Below, piece after piece: positions 40,411-54,670 of a stretch of 64,000 nucleotides of DNA. A program made the position numbers and the translations under genes. Where the stretch lies: assembly GCF_006345805.1 (NCBI RefSeq), contig NC_043000.1:100130001-100194000 (forward strand), written 5' to 3'. This stretch comes from Octopus sinensis. Lineage: Eukaryota. The notes beneath the pieces were generated by a model. That model searched no databases. It saw only the letters and a program-made list of their open reading frames with translations, and had not been told where the DNA came from. The first letter of the stretch is position 1; every line of letters starts with the position of its first letter.

Positions 40411-40804
40411 TTTGTGCCAATAAATCGACTGTGTTATGAAGACGTCGTCGTAAAAGGGAAAATGACAATTTTATTTGCGTTCAAATCTACCGAAACGTAT
40501 TGAGAATAAATATACTAGTCATCGTTTCAGATATTGCTATATGCAGTGCAAATAAAGATGTTTTAACACAATTTTTGAAGCTGAAAATGAAAAGTTACGC
40601 ATATTTTTGAACATCTACGAAATAAGCATTGAATTCCTTATTTTCCATTTTGACAATTTCTAATTCAAACAGTAAATTCATGGATAATCGATGACAACAA
40701 AAATAAAGTACTAGTTAAGCAATACGGTCGATATAATCGGCTAACATCTCTTTAGAAATTTTTGGTCTTGTACTGAGGCTGAAGATTATTTTTTTCACTT
40801 ATGT

Positions 40805-41008
40805 AAGCCAAGCTGGCAAAATCGTTAGCACGTCCAGAAAATGTTTAGCGGCATTTCGTCTGGTTCAAATTCCGACAAGGTCGACTTTAGCTATTATACT
40901 TTTGAGCACTGGATCGATAAAATAACTACCAGTTGAGCACTGGGGTTAATTTCAGCAGCTTTCCACTCCCTTCAAAACTGCTGGCCTTATGCCAAAATTT
41001 GAAACCAT
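40805..41008 (+). mobile_element. SINE family A
   Basis: Head, GGTTCAAATTCC, core, tail. Confidence 0.8.
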
Positions 41009-41110
41009 CATTATTTACTAATGTTAGTGGCCGAGAAGGGAAAGAATGGTTTCACATAAATCAATAGGTATCCATCAATTTCAAAACATAGTCAATGTGT
41101 TTTATAGTTT

Positions 41111-41175
<65 letters not shown>

Positions 41176-41264
41176 AGAGAGAGAGGGGTGTATTTATGTT
41201 GATTTCACAATATGTTTGGTCACGATTATGTCAGTTCCATTGCTCTGCAAGTATTTGAAAAGAA

Positions 41265-41318
<54 letters not shown>

Positions 41319-41438
41319 ACACACACACAGATAAAATGGCCGAGAAATGAGGGAATGATTACAATAAATAGCTAATAATCAACTCTTAATTTTGTGAATG
41401 CTCTCTCAGTATGTAATTTATATGCCAGTGTCTATCTA

Positions 41439-41476
<38 letters not shown>

Positions 41477-41496
41477 TATATATACAACAACCCAAC

Positions 41497-41545
<49 letters not shown>

Positions 41546-41723
41546 CACACGTATATATATATATATATATATAATTGGTAAGGGCTTTCTTCACATGAAA
41601 TCAACGGTACCCATAATCTAAAAGAGATCTGTATCCAGCAATGCGGTGTTGAGCACTCATTTTCTCACTGTTCACCATTTACGTGTATATACATACATAC
41701 ATGCATATATATATATATATATC

Positions 41724-41788
<65 letters not shown>

Positions 41789-41875
41789 GTGTGTGTGTGT
41801 ATGTATACACACACACGTCCATATAGGAATCTGCTTATTTGACTCTCTCTTTCTCTCCCACTGTATGTGTGTGTG

Positions 41876-41916
<41 letters not shown>

Positions 41917-42766
41917 GCAGATACAATACATATAACACATACGCACAATTACACGCACACTCATACATACAGAGACATATATATAGCGACAGTCATATAA
42001 AATGAAATTCAACAACTTCCATAATCATTGACAAAATTTCAGTTCCAATACTACAAAGTATAAGTTTTCAAGAATTCTATAAAAGTATATATGTGTTGCA
42101 GTTCTCAGCTACCTTCCACCACATCATCTTAGTAAGACGAGCTGAATGAAAGCTTGGAATGAAATCCTTGAGCTTTCAGCCTCCTCTATTCCGGTATTTT
42201 TATCGACTAATAACTCGAGGCATATATTTTGGCAGATGAATAATGCTACAATTTTACAACTTTTTCACGAATCTACTGTATTGAACACCGTAAGCTCGTA
42301 TTCATAGTTATGTGTATGAGCCCGTGTTTGTGCGTTTGAATATATATACTAGTATACACACACATACACACATACTCATATACATATCGATATTTGTAAA
42401 CTTCTTCGTCTTTATTTGAACAGTGAAACTCAAATCAGAGAAAGCTATTAATAATTGCAAGTAAATATTGGTTAAAATGAAACTTGGATCGAAAATGTTG
42501 TAGGATACGTACCCAGATCTTCTACAAATAAAATAATTCTTAAACATTCTTTCGAAATTTTTATGACTCTAATATGATATATATATATGCATTCATATAT
42601 ATATATAATATATATATATATTAATAGTAATGGTAAGACAACAAAAGGATGAACGAGACCTCGATATTATGTAAATAGAGGAATTTATCTGTAATATATG
42701 CGGCAATTATTCGGTTGCCATAATAAAACATGCTATGAAAATGACCGTTAAACAAAGGGAAATTAC

Positions 42767-42854
42767 TATGTAATTGACCGTTATTAAGACAAAAGAGCTA
42801 TTAGAATGACGTCATTCTAATAGCACTTTTGTCTTAATAACGGTCAATTACATA
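42767..42854. repeat. 88-bp zero-spacer palindrome, one mismatch
   Basis: 44-nt arms centred on GAC|GTC (42810/42811); only GAG versus CAC breaks the symmetry. Confidence 0.95.
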
Positions 42855-42860
42855 TCTTCA

Positions 42861-43515
42861 TATCGACATGAAGAGAAGCATTTCTTAGACTCGTGGCCGT
42901 TATATCACATAACAATTCGAAAACTATTCATTGGCAATCCAAGAACAGGAGATTGCTATGAAATACCTAATAAACAAAAGAAACAGTGAAGACTTTGGAA
43001 TTCCAAGATGCAACTGAAAGTGTCGGTTATGCCATATTTCTGTCGAAGACATTACACATGTGATTAGCCGTTGCTCAAAAATGTCAAGATACTACCTCCC
43101 TATGCGACATGACGTTCTTACAAAAATAATATACAATGCTACTCGAATATAAGACTGTCCTGGAATAAAATAGAGAATCCACTTGTTATTGAATACACAC
43201 ACGACCATCAACATAAGGAATTCTGGTGGAACATTCCCATCAAAACATCTGTCAAGTGCAAACATAACAGACTGGATAGTGTTATTTGGGACAGACAAGA
43301 AAATGTACGAGAGATCAGCTGTCCTGCTGAATATTGCTTTGAAAATCAAAGAGAAGAAGCATAATAACTAGGGACAACGTCTTCGAAACGTCCAGCTTCT
43401 ATGTCCAGATAATGTATTCACATTTATACCAATAATAATTGGTACACTTAGTTTTGTGAGTAAATGCCTAAATGCCAACCTGGATAAGCTAGGGTTTTCA
43501 GAAAAAGAAATCATC
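42861..43515 (+). pseudogene. RLE-clade LINE (R4/Dong-like) fossil: CCHC knuckle plus endonuclease
   Basis: LAIQEQEIAMKYL..CRLCHISVEDITHVISRC (Cx2Cx8Hx4C)..YYLPMRHD..EFWWNIPIKTSVKCKHNRLDSVIWD..EISCPA..FIPIIIG..LDKLGFSEKE, with stops and frameshifts. Confidence 0.88.
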
Positions 43516-43538
43516 TATAAATATCATAAATATATATA

Positions 43539-43933
43539 GGCGCAGGAATGGCTATGTGGTAAGTAGCTTGCTTACTAAACACATGGTTTCGGGTTCAGTC
43601 CCACTTTGGGCAAGTGTCTTCTACTACAGCCTCGGATTGGATTTAGTAGACGGAAACTGAAAGAAGCCCGTTGTATATATGTATATATATATATGTATGT
43701 GTGTGTATATGTTTGTGTGTCTGTGTTTGTCCCCCCCACAACATCGCTTTGACAATCGATGCTGGTGTGTTTACGTCCCTGTAACTTAGCGGTTCTATCT
43801 GTCTCAAAAAAGACAGATAGAATAAGTACTAGGCTTACAAAGAATAAGTCTTGGGGTCGATTTGATCGACTAAAGGCGGTGCTCCAGCATGGCCGCAGTC
43901 AAATGACTGAAACAAGTAAAAGAGTAAAGAGTA
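43539..43933 (+). mobile_element. SINE family B, full length (probably OR/CORE-type octopus SINE)
   Basis: A-box TGGCTATGTGG, B-box GGGTTCAGTCCC, TTGGGCAAGTGTCTT core-like motif, internal TA/TG microsatellite, (AAGAGTA)n tail. The family name is from memory. Confidence 0.85.
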
Positions 43934-43951
43934 ATATGTATATATACATAT

Positions 43952-44025
43952 GGGTTTCAGTTTCCGCCTGCTAAATCCACTCAAAAGGATTTTTGTTCGG
44001 CTGGTAGGTATTGTAGAAGACACCC
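43952..44025 (-). mobile_element. SINE family B fragment, inverted relative to 43539
   Basis: CAGTTTCCGCCTGCTAAATCCAC..GTAGAAGACAC is the reverse complement of 43612-43665. Confidence 0.75.
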
Positions 44026-44142
44026 AATATTGAATAATGCATACATCCTGGAGTAAATCCACGGATAACAACAGGTAACCTAAATTGCGTCGGTGCTTCA
44101 CTCATTATCTATTTATACATTTCATATAATTTTTCCAGTATA

Positions 44143-44297
44143 TATATATAAGAATTTTTGGCGTAATAAGATAAAAAAAACCAAGGCTGTATAGATATTA
44201 GAGCATTTATAGATAGAAGGTCCTTCTATCTATAAATGCTCTAATATCTATACAGCCTTGGATTTTTATCTCATTACGCAAAACATTCTTATGTATA
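44143..44297. repeat. Palindrome: 40-bp perfect arms, 1-nt spacer at 44221, extending to about 77 bp
   Basis: CCAAGG..AGAAGG-T-CCTTCT..CCTTGG. Confidence 0.95.
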
Positions 44298-44423
44298 CAC
44301 GGTGACATAGAACCAACGTTGAACCCTTTTATTCGCAATATTACCGAATCTGGAACTTAACTATGGTCTGTCTATAGCACTTATTCAGCATTACCTGACA
44401 CCTTTGGGTCTCAATGACACCAT

Positions 44424-44498
<75 letters not shown>

Positions 44499-45243
44499 CA
44501 TGTATGTATGAATACATACATACAAACATACATATATATATATATGCATACATACACACGCGCACACACACACACGCACACACATATATATTACACTAGA
44601 TAGTGTAAGCCTTTGAACGGGGAAGGAGATTTAAAAGCCAATGGTATCAGCTATATCAACTTCAACTCCTTTCTTAAAGTGTTTGTACTTTGTGTGTGCG
44701 AGTGGCGTGCGCTTGTGTATTTATGCATTTAATTCTTTTCTCTATACTTTCATGCCCTGTTGAGGATTTCGTGTTTGTCCTGTCCAGTAGAGTGTTATAA
44801 CAAACCCTTATAAAATTCTTTTCTTGTATGTTCTCTTCGTTGTTGTATTTGATTTTATAACACGCTTTGGTTTAATAGAGATTTTTTAAAATCTTGTCTT
44901 CCATTTCGAACGCGTGCCATATTACGGTTTCCACGTTGTTGTTTAGACACACATTCAGTTATAGCTCGATCTAACGTTTATATGTTTATTTATGAGATGG
45001 CTGATGTGTTGTGGCGTGTGTTGTAATGTATACAACAAGAAAGAAAAGATGTTGTTTGTTCCTTATTCATGAGTAAATCATAACCTCGAACATTCTTTTA
45101 TCATTTGTTTGAGCATATTTCTTTCTCGTCATTTTGTGATAAACTAAAATGCAACTCAAATCCGTTCACACTGACATTCATAATGATTACACATTAATAA
45201 ATGTATAAATATCTGAATACACACCTATTTATACATACATACA

Positions 45244-45334
<91 letters not shown>

Positions 45335-45370
45335 ATACATACATATATATATGTATGTATGTGTGTATGT

Positions 45371-45401
<31 letters not shown>

Positions 45402-45582
45402 TATATATGTATATAAGTGTGTGTGTGTGTGTGTAATTGTATGAGCGTTGTAATATGTGTGAGATGTGAGAGCATGGTATCTCTATTCGTTGTGTATATA
45501 TATATATGTGTGTTTACATGCATATATATATAAAAAAAATATATATATATATATATACATATATAATATAGAGAGAGATGTT

Positions 45583-45627
<45 letters not shown>

Positions 45628-45638
45628 TAATATGTATA

Positions 45639-45676
<38 letters not shown>

Positions 45677-45787
45677 TGTTTACATAAAGTTATATATGTA
45701 TATACATATATATATGCATCTATATATGCAAACACACACACATATATATATGTATGTATACTTATATATATATATATATATATATAT

Positions 45788-45840
<53 letters not shown>

Positions 45841-46735
45841 AGTGTGTGGATGTGTGTGTGTGTGTGTGTGGTTTGTGTTTGTGTGTATGCATATATAATA
45901 TAAATATGCATAAGAATTTCTGGTTTTTGTTTGTTCACAGATGATCAATATGGTCATATAGATTTCTAAAAGCGTATCTTTTATATTGATTGTAACAAAA
46001 CATTTCAAAAGGCACAAGATTTCAATGAGTTGTAAGCTTAAGTTATTTCAATGATGCACGTACACACACACACACATACGTACACAAACACACACACACA
46101 CACACACGTACACAAACACACACACACACACACATGTGATACACTCGCTCTCACACACAGATATTATCATACATATATAGAAATATATTTTTGCGCTCAG
46201 GTACACAATTATAATTGCATACAAACACACACATCAATTACATGTGCACAACCCCATCTCCATGTTCCTCCATATCACCACTTCTTTTCACTCTCTTTCT
46301 CTATCTCTCTCTCTGTCTCTCCTTTCTCTCTGCTTGTACACCCATTCTCCCTTCCTATATATATATCATAGAAACATAAATACATTTATATACACACATC
46401 ATATAAGCAACACTGTCTATTATCAATAAATATATCTCGTATACTTATTTGAATTAAAACAGAATTAAAGCATATTCTAATGCGTTGTCTATATGTTGTA
46501 AATATTTTATGCACAATTGTTGTTCAATTATATACGTATACATGCATAGATGGCCATTCACCCCTACATCACGTATTCATCATATAATATATATATACAG
46601 GGAGAGAGAGGTCACACTCACATACACACATTAAATTTATATTTATATATAGCTATGAATATGTATACACACACACAAATATATAGACATCAGCCAGTAG
46701 ATACAATCATATTATCATCATCATCATCACGTTAG

Positions 46736-46773
<38 letters not shown>

Positions 46774-46820
46774 ATATATATTATATATATATATACAAAC
46801 ACATCATCATCATCACGTTA

Positions 46821-46883
<63 letters not shown>

Positions 46884-47364
46884 AACACACTTTCACACAC
46901 AGGTATGTATATATAGCTATGAATATGTATATACACACACATATATATATATATAGACATCAGCCAGTAGATAGAACCATATTATCATCATCACCATCAT
47001 CATCACGCTAGTATTTGTTGCAAAGTATTAATTTGCATCTTAAAGTTTTCTATTTACTTCGATAAAACATACGATAGAGGTTTTATGTTAGCACCAAATG
47101 CACAGTTTCAGACAGATATATCTTTTAACCATCATAAGCACACACAAACACACACGCACACACGCACACACACACGCACACACATAGATAGATATAGATA
47201 TATATTGAAAGGCATACACACATATTGGTATAAATATATATCTATATCTATTTATATATGTATATATATTATTTATGAACATATATGTAGGAGTGCATTT
47301 ATATGTATATATGCATTTGTTTATGCATGTGTGTGCATATCTATGTGTGTACATATATGTGTAA

Positions 47365-47401
<37 letters not shown>

Positions 47402-47485
47402 TATGTATACATGCCTATGTATATACATGTATGATATGTATGTACACACACATGATATATATACATATATGATATTTAGCTATTC

Positions 47486-47526
<41 letters not shown>

Positions 47527-47535
47527 ATATACATA

Positions 47536-47567
<32 letters not shown>

Positions 47568-47729
47568 TTAGCCGTCTCCTGTTAATGCTTAGCTGCTAAT
47601 GTACAGGTTCTTATTTTATGTTCACACGTTCACATAGAATTCATTCTTCTTCACACAAGGGGAACATAACTCAAACGGTGCTCCTTTCAAGTTTGTATTA
47701 TGTATGCCCAGATCAATAGCTATATCTAT

Positions 47730-48470
47730 GTATATCCAGAAATGGCGATGTTGATGATGATGATAGTGGTGTTGGTATTGGTGTTGGTGACGATGACGTT
47801 GGTAACATTGGTGTTGGTGATGGTGGTTGTGGTAATGGTGGAGGTGGTGGCGGTGGTTGTATGATAGTGGAAACGGGTGATAGTTGTGGTGGTACAAGCT
47901 GTGTTCGTAATATTGATGAAGTGGCGGTCGTTGTTATAGTAGAGGCAGTGGTGGTGGTGGTGGTGGCACCGGTGGTTGTGTCGGTAGTAGTGGTGGTGTA
48001 AGCGATATGGGTAATGGGTACCTGCCGTGGTGGTAGTGCGTATGGCAGTAGATGTGAGAAGATATGGGCACTTGTGGTAATGTGGGCGTGAGGGAAGCAA
48101 TGTTGCTGATAGTGCTGAGAGCAGAAGTAATGTTGGGCGTGGTGATGGCAGTGGTTTTGTTGGTAGAAGTGCCCGCGGCGGGGGGGGGGGGAGTTGATGG
48201 TGGTGTTAGTGGTAGTGATTATATTTGAAGTGTAGCTGATGTACAATGGTGATGGTGGTGGGTAATTGTAAGAACATCATTGGTGGTGATGAAGTTGGCG
48301 GTAATAATGTGCGTTTGTTTGTATGTGTGGTGGTGGTGGTGGTGGTGATGGGGAGAGTACTGAAAGACTGTTTCCCCGTAGTGGAATAAAGTGTTGTTAA
48401 TGTTGAGGGCGGTGTTGGCAGTGATGGTACAGGGTGGAATGGCGGTGGTGGTACCAGTAGGTGAGAAGAA
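47730..48470. repeat. GGT/GAT-rich cryptic low-complexity tract
   Basis: Direct reading. Confidence 0.85.
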
Positions 48471-48673
48471 TTGCTGTACATCAGAGACTTGCATATGCTA
48501 ATCACTATCTTCACTCATCTCCCTTTCTTCTCTTTAACTCTCTGTTATGTCTTGTTTTCATTATGTATACGTGTATACATAAGAGTCTATATGTGTGTAT
48601 ACATATATACATACATACATATATATATATATTATATATATATATATATAGTATGTATGTATGTATGTATATT

Positions 48674-48729
<56 letters not shown>

Positions 48730-48774
48730 ATGTGTGTGCATATATATGTATATGCATATATACATATATATGTA

Positions 48775-48825
<51 letters not shown>

Positions 48826-49768
48826 ATATATGTGTGTATGTGTGTGTATGTGTGTGCATGTGTGTATATATTTGTGTATATAAATATGCATATGTATGTA
48901 TATATACAGATACATATATATGTATGCGTGTACACAAATCCTTACATACGTGCTAGCATACACACAAACATATGCATACATACATGCATGCAAGTATGCA
49001 TACATACATACATACATACATACATACATACATACATGCATACATGTATACATACACACATACACACATACATACATACGTACATTTGTGCATGCATAAA
49101 TCCCGTCTCTTGTAAGCTGCTGTTATCTGTGTTTCAATGTAGAATTTATACGAAGAATTTTATTACTCAGAATCGGTTTTATGGTCAGTTTTCAGCCAGA
49201 TAATTGTTCAGGCGGACAGACAAACCGACAAACGGACAGGTAGCTATTATAAAGGTTGGCAAGCAGGTGTGCAGGTAGTCAAGAAGAAAGCTAGGGTGGT
49301 GTATGTCTAGATACATGTTAGCAACATGGAAGACTCTACAAGGTCATTTTACCTGCTAGAAATAGTAACTAATTTTTTTTCTTTCTAATGACACCTTTCT
49401 GTTATAAATTACAAGGCAATATAACATCAAAGGAGATTATGTTGTTGTTATATCTCTTAGAAATAGCACCCAAGAGCTTCTTTCTATATCACCGCTTCAT
49501 CTTAAATACAAGAAGACATTGGATTATAGAGAGAGATACGTCATAGCTTAAAAGAAGGCATGAAGAACCAAGGAAGAAACATTTTATACAGTCATTTGAA
49601 ATGCAAGAAATAGCATTCAAATCCACAAGCTTAAGACAAGCATAGAATAATGTTGTTTAAATACAGTATTTCGAGAGTCAGAGTACCTTTGATCATCCTA
49701 TTTGACGATAAATGAACATAATATATATAAAGATACTAAAAAACATCAGGTGAAAGAATCACGTATAT

Positions 49769-49971
49769 GACGGTTTCAAATTTTGGCACAATGCCAGCAA
49801 TCTCGGGGAAGCGGTAAGTCGATGAAAATCGACCTCAGTGCCCAACTAGTACTTATTTTATCGACCCCGAAAGGATGAAAAGCAAAGTTGACCTCGGTGG
49901 AATTTGAACTCAGAACATAAAAGCAGACGAAATTGCTTGGCGTGCTAAAGAGTCTGTCAGCTCGCCGCCTT
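49769..49971 (-). mobile_element. SINE family A with 12-bp TSD
   Basis: AATCACGTATAT at 49757-49768 and 49972-49983. Confidence 0.92.
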
Positions 49972-50466
49972 AATCACGTATATAATGAAACTTTTCAGAT
50001 GTATTAAATGATATTATTGGCTTTGTAATCATGAAGAATCGGGTACAGTCCTACAGCCCGGCAGTATGGGCCATACCTTTTATTATTAGTTTGGGTTGAG
50101 CCACGTTATGTTAGTTAAATTTGATTGTCGGAAACTGTATAGAAGTTTGTCGGATAAACTGAATCTGTAAAGGGATCCAGCCTTGTCACACTCATGGCCA
50201 CGTTGCCTGGAGGTTATGTCAAGTGTACAAATGTCCGTGGAATACTCAACCACTTATACTATAATTCATTATTCAATGAATAGGTAGATCATTTGATCGA
50301 AGAAGAAAAAAAATCTACACTACTCAGCGTGTCAAAATAGATGTATCATCCATTTGAAATTCTTCATACATACATGCATACATACATACATAAATATGTA
50401 CATACATACATAAATACATACATACATACATACATACATACATACATACATACATACATACATACA

Positions 50467-50497
<31 letters not shown>

Positions 50498-51098
50498 TAT
50501 TCAATAAACACAATATATATTTTTATGTGTTACTATTACTTTCATGTGCTGAGAGCATACCAGGCAGTATTTTTTACAGAAATGCGGTAAAGAAAAACTA
50601 TATTAGATATTTGATTAATATTACGTTGACCATTTTCGACAAGAACAGGCGGCAATACCGGACATGTTTCAGTATCAACACATTTCTTTTAGCTAAGTAT
50701 ATACTTTACTGTATTTTCCAGAGTCGAAATGATGGAATCAAACAACTTCACTTCTACAGTGATTCCCGTTAGAGTAAACATAGATACAATGTGTGTATGT
50801 GTGTGTGTTTCGGTAAATATTGGTGAGTGTGTGTTTGCATTGTGTGTGTGTTTGTGTGTGTGTGTGTTTGTAAATGTGCGTGCTTGTGCATGTGCATCTG
50901 TAATCTATTGATAACTACTGTAATATATTATAATTATTTTTATTGTCTTGGTTCAAAGACTTTCCAAGAGCTGGGAGACCGACACGGGTCATACTTATCT
51001 TAAGGATATACATGTTAACAACCGCAGGAAATACACGAACAAGGAATGAATTCCAGAGAAGCGGGGTCCTTGGGGAAAAAGGACTGGGAGTATTAAAT

Positions 51099-51220
51099 GG
51101 TTTGAAATTTTGGCGCAAGGCCAGGAGTTTTGGTGGCAGAGCACTAGTCGATTATATCGACCCCAGTGCTCGACTGATACTTATTTTATCGACCCTGAAA
51201 GGATGAAAGGCAAAGTCGAA
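51099..51220 (-). mobile_element. SINE family A, 5'-truncated
   Basis: Core and tail only. Confidence 0.85.
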
Positions 51221-51429
51221 TGAAAGAAGTAATTCGAGCGGGAGACAAGAGATGGGTATAATATAGGGGAAGAGGGAAGGAGAAATAAGTGCCTGGAGTA
51301 AAGTTGCACGGATGCAACCATCTCTAAGGAGAGGTGGCAACTATGGTAGAGGTAGAAGGGATTGAATGAAGAAACAGGTCCTGTAGATCAGGGTCTGCGA
51401 TGTGTTGGTGAGAGACTTTATACTAATTA

Positions 51430-51490
<61 letters not shown>

Positions 51491-51511
51491 CATAAATGAT
51501 AATAATATTTA

Positions 51512-51582
<71 letters not shown>

Positions 51583-51616
51583 CTATATATATATATATAT
51601 ACGTATGCATATATGG

Positions 51617-51930
51617 GTACTGGACGTCACCAACGGTATAAATAACTTGAAATACGCAAACAAACGAGTTAAATACGTAAACAACGAGAAAAGATGGAAA
51701 ACCGGATTAGTAAACACAGAGAAAGGACCCTTCATCAGCTGTCGGGTATCTATCTACTCATCATTTCGAGCATACAATGACTATATGAGTCTTCAAAGAC
51801 AGTTGGTCCCATAAATTCTAAAATAAGATTCAAGATTTACGGAGGGTCAAAGTTGGGAACAAAAACATGACAATGGAAACATGCAATGAAACCGAACGAA
51901 AACAGACATGGTGGAGTCGTTAGACCAGAT
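51617..51930 (+). mobile_element. Linear (non-folded) copy of the GGGTACAGGAC-end family
   Basis: First about 155 bp align with 27811-27964, then the sequence continues into non-inverted unique sequence; (TA)n flanks. Confidence 0.75.
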
Positions 51931-51950
51931 GTATATATATATATATACAC

Positions 51951-52120
51951 ACGAGTTTGAGTGAAAAGTTCCTGGCTTTAAGGGTAACGCGAAACGCCTG
52001 GTCCTGTTACAGAAAAACAGAAGAACTGTTGCAATAAGCGTGTGAATCTGTTGAATAAAATCATAATTAAGTGATTCCCCTGTATTTTCTTTTCCCCAAA
52101 GCCCGGAACTTTTCAGAACA
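51951..52120 (+). mobile_element. Mariner MITE, same family as 27116
   Basis: TGAAAAGTTCCTGGCTTTAAGGG..GTGTGAATCTGTTGAATAAAATC..GGAACTTTTCAG. Confidence 0.75.
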
Positions 52121-52210
52121 TATTGCTTTTATATATGTATGTGTGTATGTATGTGTGTGTATCCTTATGTTAACGATATTTCTTTTACAAAGTATGTTTG
52201 ATCGATCTTG

Positions 52211-52243
<33 letters not shown>

Positions 52244-53016
52244 CTCTCCTTCTTTGTCTGACCGGAGGAAATATGCAATAAACTACAAAGACACTTCTGA
52301 TAGTTTTTTCTCTCTTTTTATCCGAAAACGTTTACATTTCTTTCATTATTTTCTTCTTGTTATTGCAGTTATTTTTTTCTTTTTCTTCCCTCCAATATTT
52401 ATTGCGCGTGCGTGTGTGTGTGTGAGTGTCAATATGAATGAGTTTATGTGTGTGTGTCTGAGTGTGCAATAAGGTAAAGTGAAAAGCAAGCCGAAAGTCA
52501 TAACCTGAATAATTCTGCGAGTCAATGAGGGAGATTGTATAATAATGACCAGGCAGCCGACTGAGTGGCCATCAATTCGAATTTGCTGTAAATCATACCC
52601 TACCATCTAATAGATATAAGTCCGTACGTATGTTAAAAGGGATACGCGTTAATTAATGTAGGCCAAAATACAACGTCCGAAAGTAAGGAACGACAGTCGT
52701 AGCTGGAACGCCTTTGATAATAGGTGGCTATTCATTCAGAGTGCATGGTGGGGAGATAAATAACAACAACAACACCAGCGACATCAACAACAACAACAAC
52801 CGAAATGATTGGAGTGAAAGCAAAAGGAATACAACTAATTATATTAATGAAATTAAATTACTAACAAAAGACGATCCACTACCAGTTCGATGAGTGCCTC
52901 CTGGTGACTTCCATAGCAAAAAATGATATGCCTTTGTCATTGAGTTTTCTTGGTATAGTACATAGGTGGATACCGACTGATTTCATCCAAGTGTTTTTTT
53001 GTTTTTTTTTTCACAA

Positions 53017-53151
53017 GGTGCAAGCGTGGCTATGTAAGAAGTTTGCTTCCCAACCACATGGTACCGGGTTCAGTCCCACTGCGTGGCATATCGGGCATGT
53101 GTCTTCTACTGTAGCCTCGGATCGACCAAAACCTTGTGAGTGGGTTTGGTA
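53017..53151 (+). mobile_element. SINE family B 5' half
   Basis: GGGTTCAGTCCCACTGCGTGGC..GTGTCTTCTACT..CGACCAAAACCTTGTGAGTGG. Confidence 0.85.
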
Positions 53152-53177
53152 CACTGATGCATACATACGTACATACG

Positions 53178-53211
<34 letters not shown>

Positions 53212-53291
53212 CATACATACATACATACATACATAAGTATGTACGTACGTCTGGCCCACTGGTTGGCTAGCTGACTGGCTGGCTGGTTGGC

Positions 53292-53752
53292 TAAGTACCA
53301 GTTACGCACTGGGGTCAATATAATCAACTTAATCCGTTTGTCTCTCCTTGTTCGTCCCCTCTGTGTTTAGCCTCTTGTGGGTAGTAAAGAAATAGGTATT
53401 TCGTTTGTCGCTACGTTCTGAGTTCAAATTCCGCTGAGGTCGACTTTGCCTTTCATCCTTTCGGGGTCGATTAAATAAGTACCAGTTACGCACAGGGGTC
53501 GATATAATCGGCTTAATCCGTTTGTCTGTCCTTGTTTGTCCTCTCTGTGTTTAGCCCCTTGTGGGTAGTAAAGAAATAGATATTTCGTATGTCTTTACAA
53601 TCTGAATTAAAATTCCGCCGAGGTCGACTTTGGCTTTCATCCTTTCGACGTCGATAAATTAAGTATCAGTTGCGTACTGGAGTCGGTGTAATCGATTGAC
53701 CCCCCCCCCTCACCCCAAAATTTCGGGCCTTGCGCCTAGAGTAGAAAAGAAT
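53292..53752 (+). mobile_element. SINE family A array, 5'-truncated (184-nt period)
   Basis: Partial unit 53292-53394, unit 53395-53578, terminal unit 53579-53752 with the standard tail. Confidence 0.92.
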
Positions 53753-54249
53753 AAGTTCGTTAGGGGAACAATGGTAGGATTTTTACATTCCTTTTCTCTT
53801 CAGAGTGTTGAAATTTGTGCGGCTAAACGCCCAGCTTAAACATCCATTCCAAAGTCAGAGGTACAATAAATATAAAAAGCATAAATGTTGAAAGAACGAG
53901 GTCTGAACACTTGCAGCATAGTGCATTTCACAAGAAGCACTTAATGACTTGGTTGTTAGTGCTAAACAGCGCGGCATTTTTAGGCTTAGGTAAGATAAGT
54001 GAAATCTTGAGTAAAGTTTTGATTCTCGATCGATGAAATATAGCTCGCTTTACTTCATAACGCTTCATTTACGTTGCTAATGCACTGGAGAATACATAAA
54101 AAAGATCTCAAACAATATTTTTTCTTTTTTGTCATGTCCGCAATAAAATATCAGAAGCCTTCAATGTGACTACGTAAGAAATCTAAAGAGCGAATTGCTG
54201 CCATATTCAAAATCAAAACTACGCGTTTCACTTTAATTTGTAGGCAATC

Positions 54250-54259
54250 ATTATTATTA

Positions 54260-54327
<68 letters not shown>

Positions 54328-54586
54328 ATTGTTGTTGTTGTTGAAATTTGTCTTTGTCATGTTCTTTCATCCATCGCCCTTGTTGAAAATAAAGAAACGA
54401 TTACTATTAGTATTATCCTATTTTTTACAAATAATTTTTTCTTTTTTGTGCAAGATTTTATGTTTCTATCCTCCCCTTTTGATTATTGATACCGTTCGAT
54501 GTTTTTATTTTATTATTTCTTTTTTTGTTCACACCAACCAATCAAGAATTGAGTCGAAATTTATTTATGAATCGTTATTATTATCA

Positions 54587-54670
<84 letters not shown>

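Noticed and set aside
51725-51775. Type II hammerhead on the minus strand (GCUC-GAAA..CUGAUGA-AGGG)
   Set aside because: Stems I and III cannot be formed in register, and homologous copies at 27910-28020 lose the core.
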